Below, one piece after another: positions 58,120 through 64,000 of a DNA stretch of 64,000 bases. Below the pieces are notes generated by a model. The model had not been told where the DNA came from, did not search any database, and saw only the letters and a program-made list of their open reading frames with translations. This DNA is from Bacteroidota bacterium (lineage in GTDB: Bacteria > Bacteroidota > Bacteroidia > Chitinophagales > Chitinophagaceae): NCBI GenBank assembly GCA_041164585.1, contig JBEAPC010000254.1, positions 4,159 to 68,158 on the forward strand. The letters run 5' to 3'. The translations under genes were made by a program, and so were the position numbers. Within the stretch, counting starts at the first letter, position 1; every line of letters starts with the position of its first letter.

Positions 58120-61100
58120 GTATCCACTGGGAAAATATGGTTAGTTCTTTTTTTGAGTATGGCTTGTTTTTCTACTCAGTAACACTGCTTTGTTGTTATA
58201 TAGGGCTGTCTTTTTTCTCCATGCGAGAATTGAATTTTTATGAACGCAAAACCAAGGCATCAGATTTTAAAATTTTAGCGCCCTCTACACAATCGCCCAG
58301 TATTAGCATTTTGGCCCCTGCCTATAATGAGTCAGCCACCATTATTGAAAATATCAAATCACTGCTCACTATTTATTACAATGATTTGCAAATTGTGGTG
58401 ATCAATGACGGCAGTAAGGATGATAGTATTGAAAAGATGGTAGCAGCCTATGACTTGGTTAAAACTGATTTGTTTGTTCCTGCATTGATTCAAACAAAAC
58501 CAGTAAGGGCAGTTTATAAAAGTACCAATCCTGCATACCAACGCTTATTGGTAGTGGACAAAGAAAATGGTGGCAAGGCCGATAGTCTGAATGCGGGTAT
58601 CAATATTGCTTCAGGTGAAATTATTGTTTGTGTAGACGTAGACTGTATTCTAGAGCAGGATGCATTATTCAAGATTGTCAAACCCTTCTTGGAAAATTCA
58701 GAAAAACGTGTCATTGCATCAGGAGGAGTAGTTAGAATTGCCAACTCCTGTGTGGTGGAACATGGCAAATTGGTGCAAGTAAATCTGCCTACCAATTTCT
58801 TGGCAAAAATGCAATCATTGGAATATATCCGTTCTTTTTTATTGGGAAGAATGGCTTGGAGCAGATTAAATGGGCTGCTTTTAATTTCAGGTGCATTTGG
58901 CGCATTTGATAAATCAATAGTTATTGCCTGCGGTGGCTATAATACCAATACAGTTGGAGAAGACATGGAATTAGTAGTGCGAATGCGTAGGTATATGCAC
59001 GAACAAGGATTGCCCTATGCGGTGGTATATATTCCAGAACCCTTGTGCTGGACAGAAGCCCCAGTAACGGCTAAAGTATTGCAGAGACAAAGAAACAGAT
59101 GGACCAGGGGAACCATTGAAACATTAAGAGACCACAGGCGATTGTTCTTTAATCCCAAATTTGGTTTACTGGGAATGTTGAGTTATCCCTATTGGTTCTT
59201 TTTTGAAATGATGGCTGCGCCGATAGAATTTTTTGGGATCCTCTTTTTTGGAATCATGGGTATTCTTGGAGAAATCAATTGGCCCGTATTTGGATGGTTT
59301 TTTGCTTTTATTTGGAGTTGTGCTTTTTTCTTTTCTGCCATTGCCATTTTAATGGAAGCATCAACTTTTAATCAGTATAAAAACAAAGGAGATTTGGCCA
59401 AGTTATTATTGATGGCCATGATTGAACCCTTTGTCTACCACCCCTTTGTAGTATGGTCTGCCATTAATGGATTTGCTGATTATTTTCAAGACGTAAAATC
59501 ATGGGGGGTAATTACTAGGGCCGGATTTGCGCCACAACAAACAGCTACAGCAGCAATCATTCAAAATACAGATGCCTATAAAAGAAATGTCTATTTTCCT
59601 GTTCAGCAGTTTGCACAAATATTTCTAACAGGTATTCTATTGTTTATACTGTTTAGGGGATATGAATTTGGATATAGTTATTTGAAGTATGGGTTTGAAG
59701 GGAGTGTAAGTCATCTATTAGTCAATAGTATACTTGCCGATTTTATATTTCTTTTTTCAAGTGGCATTGCATTTTTTATTCCCTATACCGCTATTTATCA
59801 ATTGCATCAAAAAGGGGCAGATTGGTTTTTAAAAGGCGCATTTTTTGTATTAATCCTAATGCAAATTTTTCTTTCTCAATATTTCTTAACCACCCTAGTT
59901 CCATTAGGCGCAGATATATGGGGCTATTCTCTTGCAGAAATAAAATTAACAGTAGGTGCTTCTGGCGTTTTGAATTTTTGGACCATAGCCTTGATCTTGG
60001 GAGTTATGGCATTATTGGTTTGGGTCTTTAAAAAATTACCAACCAAACTTAAAGTACATGTGAATATAGCCTGGCTACTGGTAGCAAGTTGCTTTATTGT
60101 AATACTTTCAAAAAAACCAATTCGCGGAAAAATCAGACCCATTGCGGTAGAATACAATCAAAACCTAAGCGTAAATAAGCCACAATATTTTTATGCTTCT
60201 AGTGTCAAATACTTTTTTCCAAAACAGCATTTTGTCAATATCTATGATGACCAATATAGTGGTGATTTTGGTGGAGAAATAGATAGTAGTTTAGTGGCAT
60301 TTAATTATATAGCTTCAACCAACTTTCCTTTTCTGCACCCAATTGATAGTAGTGCGGATAAGTTGTCTCCCTTTTTTAACAAGGGTAAAAATCTACCAAA
60401 TATTGTTTTGATTATGGTGGAAGGCTTGGGAAGGGCCTTTACCAATAAAGGAGCATACATGGGTAATTTTACCCCCTTTTTAGATTCCCTTTCTAAACAA
60501 AGTTTGTATTGGCCAAATTTCTTAAGTGAAGGTGGAAGAACTTTTACAGTATTACCATCTGTATTAGGTTCTTTGCCCTTTGGTAAAAACGGGTTTAGTG
60601 AAATGGGTACAGAAATGCCAGAACATATTTCACTAGCTTCTGTATTGGGCAGAAATGGATATCAAAGTTCTTTTTATTATGGGGGCGATGCGCATTTTGA
60701 TTTTATGGATGATTATATGCGTAAAGCTGGTATTGGGAAAATTCAGGATATAAAATCTTTTGGGGTTGGGTATCAAAAAATGCCATCTAGTTCTTCTGGA
60801 TTTAGTTGGGGATATGGTGACAGAGAACTGTTCCGAAGATATTTTGCTGAATTGAAAAAACAGCCTGCAGGTCCTTATGTAAATGCAATTTTAACCTTGT
60901 CCACCCATAGTCCTTTCTTAGTCAATGACCAGCAAAAATGGGTAGACAGGTTTGAAGCCCGTATGACGGAATTGGACATGAATGAAAATGCTAAAAAGAG
61001 TTTGAGACAATACAAACAACAATTGGCCAGTGTGCTTTTCTTAGATGCTGCTCTTCAGTATTTTTTCAATGAGTATAACAAACAGCCAGAATATACTAAT

Positions 61101-61604
61101 ACGGTTTTTCTAATAACTGGAGACCACCGTTTGCCTGAGATTCCTATGACTACCAAACTAGACCGTTACCATGTGCCATTGATCATTTATTCACCATTGC
61201 TGAAAAGACCGGCTCAAATACATGCCATTTCTACCCATTATGATATTACACCAAGCATTTTGCAGTGGCTTAAGCATAGTTATCAAATAAATATTCCAGC
61301 AAGCGCTACTTGGATGGGTGCAGGTTTAGACACCACCAAGGAATTTAATAGTACACGCGCTTATCCGCTCATGCAAACCAAGAATGAAGTCAATGGTTTT
61401 ATTCTGGGTAAATTATTTCAAGAGGGCAATCAAGTATTTAAAATCAATGCAGAAATGAATCTTTCAGTTATGGAAGAGCCAGATGAGATTAACAAAATCA
61501 AAGTAGCTTTTGATCAATTTAAATTGCGCAACAGTAGTATTCAAAAAAACGCCAAAATACTTCCAGATAGTTTATTAGCTAAATATGGAAGGCTTCAAAA
61601 ATAA
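58116..61604 (+). CDS. Fusion of a processive GT2 polysaccharide synthase and an LtaS/sulfatase-superfamily phosphotransferase
   Basis: GT2: PAYNE, NDGS.D, NGGKADSLN, VDVD, QSLEY, SGAFG, VGED, WTEAP, QRNRW. C-half: about 5 TM helices, then IMVEGL, GGRT, THSP, TGDH. Confidence 0.88.
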   Translation: MSIHWENMVSSFFEYGLFFYSVTLLCCYIGLSFFSMRELNFYERKTKASDFKILAPSTQSPSISILAPAYNESATIIENIKSLLTIYYNDLQIVVINDGSKDDSIEKMVAAYDLVKTDLFVPALIQTKPVRAVYKSTNPAYQRLLVVDKENGGKADSLNAGINIASGEIIVCVDVDCILEQDALFKIVKPFLENSEKRVIASGGVVRIANSCVVEHGKLVQVNLPTNFLAKMQSLEYIRSFLLGRMAWSRLNGLLLISGAFGAFDKSIVIACGGYNTNTVGEDMELVVRMRRYMHEQGLPYAVVYIPEPLCWTEAPVTAKVLQRQRNRWTRGTIETLRDHRRLFFNPKFGLLGMLSYPYWFFFEMMAAPIEFFGILFFGIMGILGEINWPVFGWFFAFIWSCAFFFSAIAILMEASTFNQYKNKGDLAKLLLMAMIEPFVYHPFVVWSAINGFADYFQDVKSWGVITRAGFAPQQTATAAIIQNTDAYKRNVYFPVQQFAQIFLTGILLFILFRGYEFGYSYLKYGFEGSVSHLLVNSILADFIFLFSSGIAFFIPYTAIYQLHQKGADWFLKGAFFVLILMQIFLSQYFLTTLVPLGADIWGYSLAEIKLTVGASGVLNFWTIALILGVMALLVWVFKKLPTKLKVHVNIAWLLVASCFIVILSKKPIRGKIRPIAVEYNQNLSVNKPQYFYASSVKYFFPKQHFVNIYDDQYSGDFGGEIDSSLVAFNYIASTNFPFLHPIDSSADKLSPFFNKGKNLPNIVLIMVEGLGRAFTNKGAYMGNFTPFLDSLSKQSLYWPNFLSEGGRTFTVLPSVLGSLPFGKNGFSEMGTEMPEHISLASVLGRNGYQSSFYYGGDAHFDFMDDYMRKAGIGKIQDIKSFGVGYQKMPSSSSGFSWGYGDRELFRRYFAELKKQPAGPYVNAILTLSTHSPFLVNDQQKWVDRFEARMTELDMNENAKKSLRQYKQQLASVLFLDAALQYFFNEYNKQPEYTNTVFLITGDHRLPEIPMTTKLDRYHVPLIIYSPLLKRPAQIHAISTHYDITPSILQWLKHSYQINIPASATWMGAGLDTTKEFNSTRAYPLMQTKNEVNGFILGKLFQEGNQVFKINAEMNLSVMEEPDEINKIKVAFDQFKLRNSSIQKNAKILPDSLLAKYGRLQK

Positions 61605-61605
61605 T

Positions 61606-62793
61606 TTACAGATTAGCCTTTTGGTAATCTTTAATGATTGTGCTAATCAAAGGGCGGTAGAAATTATAGAAAAAATAGGAACGCTCCATAGGGTCCTCTT
61701 TGTAATACAACATCCACTTAAAATAATCAGTGCCAGCAAAATGAACCGTTTTCATATTAATGGGATTGTCGCAAAAGTCACCCGTTAAATAAAAGAATGG
61801 TTGGTCTTGTTTTAAGGAATGGATGACTGCAGGAAATTTGGTAGGAATACCCAATGAGTCTAAAATATGCTTCCCTGTTTTACTTACTGATAATTCAAAA
61901 TTGGCTAATACTTCATTGGCACTACTATCTACTTCCATAATCTCAAACCAATAATTATAATCCATTTTTGCTGGAACACCATAATGCTTTTGTGTAGCTA
62001 CTGTGGACAGAATTTTTGGAAAATCAGCCACGCCAAGATGATGCTCTTTTTCTAGCACCACAACTTGATCATTTAAGTTTACAAAAGCAATTCCATCATT
62101 TTTAAAAGGCCAAGCACCACCGTGTTGTTGCATATGGTTTCTATACAACCATCTAGGTAGTTCTGGATTTTTTAAAGTGTCAAATGAGCTAAAATAGCGG
62201 CCATTCCAATGAGACCATTTAACCCCAAAACTATTTTCAAATTGATTCCTTACTAGTTGAGTAGTGGGAGAACCAATGGTATTGGTTTCAGTAATCACCA
62301 ATTTGCCGGCGGCTTTCATGGCTTTTAGAAAATACAAATCCTGTTCACTTAGACCACCATAGATCAGGGAAGACCTATCGCCTAAAACAGCTAATTGCTT
62401 CCATTCTTGCGTATAGACCCCATAGGTATCCGTGATATAGACCATGTCACAGTCACTCACCAATTGGTTAATCTTAAGCTCATTAAATCTTTCCAATCCC
62501 TTGATGCGGTACTTGCCACTATCGCCAGGGAAAAACCCAAAATAGTCTTGTGAACCAATATAGAATTCTTTGTTTTTCTTGACCAGTTTTTCGTGTTGTA
62601 AAATCCAGATCAAGGATTTGTGTTCTTGGTTGCGATTATTCAAAACGGTCTTGTCAATTATAGCTACTGCAAAATCCTGTTTGGGCGTCAATAGCCAATA
62701 CAACCACATCCAAAGTGGAAGTAGGGCAATTAGAAAGATCAGAAAACGAAGGTCTTTCCAAATCCGTTTTTTCTTTAAAACCTGAACAGCCAT
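61606..62793 (-). CDS. Hypothetical membrane-anchored protein
   Basis: Basic N-terminus plus one TM; IIDKTV, EH.SL.WIL.H, YFGF.P, YITDTYGVY, FYLTGDF.D. Confidence 0.75.
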   Translation of the reverse strand: MAVQVLKKKRIWKDLRFLIFLIALLPLWMWLYWLLTPKQDFAVAIIDKTVLNNRNQEHKSLIWILQHEKLVKKNKEFYIGSQDYFGFFPGDSGKYRIKGLERFNELKINQLVSDCDMVYITDTYGVYTQEWKQLAVLGDRSSLIYGGLSEQDLYFLKAMKAAGKLVITETNTIGSPTTQLVRNQFENSFGVKWSHWNGRYFSSFDTLKNPELPRWLYRNHMQQHGGAWPFKNDGIAFVNLNDQVVVLEKEHHLGVADFPKILSTVATQKHYGVPAKMDYNYWFEIMEVDSSANEVLANFELSVSKTGKHILDSLGIPTKFPAVIHSLKQDQPFFYLTGDFCDNPINMKTVHFAGTDYFKWMLYYKEDPMERSYFFYNFYRPLISTIIKDYQKANL

Positions 62794-64000
62794 CCAACGC
62801 TAATTGTATATTGATTGCCCTTGGTACCGGGTAGATATTCTTGGTTAAACCAAGTAAAATCGGTTGTAAGAATATTGTGAATATTCAATTTCTTTTTATA
62901 GGCCGCACCCAATTTGTAAGTGTCTAAAGGTGTTCCATTCAACTGAATATTGTTGTAACGATCATCGGGAGACAATCCATATCCACCAACAAATCCAAAA
63001 AAGTCATCAGCACCTCCAAAATAATATCGCGCCAGCACATTATAAGTAACAGAAACCTGTTGCACATAGTTACTTGGTGTAATATAGGTTCGGGCACCAA
63101 ATAACCAACTGCCAGTGTATTTACCCAAATAGGCGGTGTAAATCCAAGTGGGGTCACCGCTAAATTTCATATACCTAAAACCCAGTTCTGCTTCAAAGCT
63201 CTTGGGTAGATTGGCATACAAAGAAAAGCCAGCTCTGAATTTAGGGAAGATGCCAGAGTTGTCACCAAATCCTACGTTAGCATAACTATAAAAAGTCTTG
63301 CTAATTCTTGGATACGCTTCCAATTCAAACTGAGTAGCAGAGGAAGAGAACCTGTTGGCATAGTTGATGCGCCCTATGATGGATCCCAACTTAGTAGACC
63401 TACCATAGTCAACACTTACCAAATGCCATGGTGCGTCAAACTGTTTGTCAAAATAGGTATAATCATAAGTAATGCCAATCTTGTTCTTAGCAGCATCATC
63501 TTTGATGCTGGTTTCTAAAGATCGGGCAGCTGCATTGCTATTATCTGTTTTGAGTATTGCACTTGTAATAGCCATCGCGCCAGCATAATCCTTTAATGCA
63601 GCCAATGCTTTTGCCTTTCTGATCAACAAATCTTTTGATGTTGGATTGGATTTTAAGCCTTCATCACAAATGGCAATGGTTTCCTTGTAGTGGTCATTCC
63701 AATATTGTAAATCTGCATAAGCAATGGAAGCGTCTTCATAGTCGGGCTCACGTTGTAGCACGGTTTCAAAACAGGCTTTGGCACTGTCTACTTGATCTGT
63801 CCAAGTATACAAACGTCCCAGAAAGATTCTGATATCGGCATAATTGGGACTTTTTTCCAAAGCCTTGAGGCAATAACGTTTTGCCAAAGGATAGTTTTTC
63901 TGATCAAAAGCAGCTGTTCTTGCAGCTTGAAACAAACCATCTGAACTAGTGGTATCAATTTCAGGTTTTGGATCCCCTTCTTGCGCATGCAAGGTTCCAA
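62775..64000 (-). CDS. TPR + YaiO-family outer-membrane beta-barrel protein (start lies beyond the window edge)
   Basis: About 4 TPRs, then PWHL.S.DY, GRINYANRF, QFE.EAYP, FP.FR.G, C-terminal aromatic F; window edge reads ...GTLHAQ, the end of a signal peptide. Confidence 0.85.
   Translation of the reverse strand, partial: GTLHAQEGDPKPEIDTTSSDGLFQAARTAAFDQKNYPLAKRYCLKALEKSPNYADIRIFLGRLYTWTDQVDSAKACFETVLQREPDYEDASIAYADLQYWNDHYKETIAICDEGLKSNPTSKDLLIRKAKALAALKDYAGAMAITSAILKTDNSNAAARSLETSIKDDAAKNKIGITYDYTYFDKQFDAPWHLVSVDYGRSTKLGSIIGRINYANRFSSSATQFELEAYPRISKTFYSYANVGFGDNSGIFPKFRAGFSLYANLPKSFEAELGFRYMKFSGDPTWIYTAYLGKYTGSWLFGARTYITPSNYVQQVSVTYNVLARYYFGGADDFFGFVGGYGLSPDDRYNNIQLNGTPLDTYKLGAAYKKKLNIHNILTTDFTWFNQEYLPGTKGNQYTISVGWLFRF

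Noticed and set aside
59590-61604. Sulfatase call for the C-terminal half of the fusion
   Set aside because: No C/S-x-P-x-R motif; Thr nucleophile and TM anchor fit LtaS/EptA-type phosphotransferases
568-63832. Many 60-136-aa ORFs antisense to or nested in larger genes (e.g. 828..1160, 3950..4360, 14548..14952, 34914..35228)
   Set aside because: Shadow frames of well-supported genes, with no motifs of their own
1-64000. CRISPR arrays, IS elements, prophage, rRNA
   Set aside because: No regularly spaced repeats, terminal inverted repeats, transposase, integrase or phage motifs, or rRNA-like stretches seen by eye

Overview
64 kb of an AT-rich bacterial chromosome. The PorP/SprF plus type-B CTD T9SS pair, TAnnTTTG promoter boxes and overall gene content indicate Bacteroidota, probably Chitinophagaceae (inference). 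No integrase, transposase, phage gene or CRISPR array was seen. The left ~53 kb is a patchwork of accessory genes: an ethanolamine permease with a glutamine-synthetase-like gene, a T9SS cargo/PorP pair behind two tandem paralogs, orphan sensor kinases, two GH3s and a GH144, a DgcN/DgcA-like D-amino-acid operon, an HxlR-linked operon of secreted proteins, iorAB and several gene remnants, one of them missing from the ORF track. It ends at tRNA-Asn(GTT), followed by a Rieske protein, hflX and an outer-membrane barrel. The best candidate for an undescribed system is at 55.7-64 kb. It looks like a synthase-dependent surface-polysaccharide locus: REC-Hpt protein, degenerate pseudo-receiver, membrane-anchored HEAT-repeat protein, and a 1162-aa fusion of a processive GT2 synthase with an LtaS/BcsG-like phosphotransferase, converging on an unknown membrane-anchored protein and a TPR + YaiO-type outer-membrane barrel. 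All family calls come from motif recognition by eye; no database searches were run.
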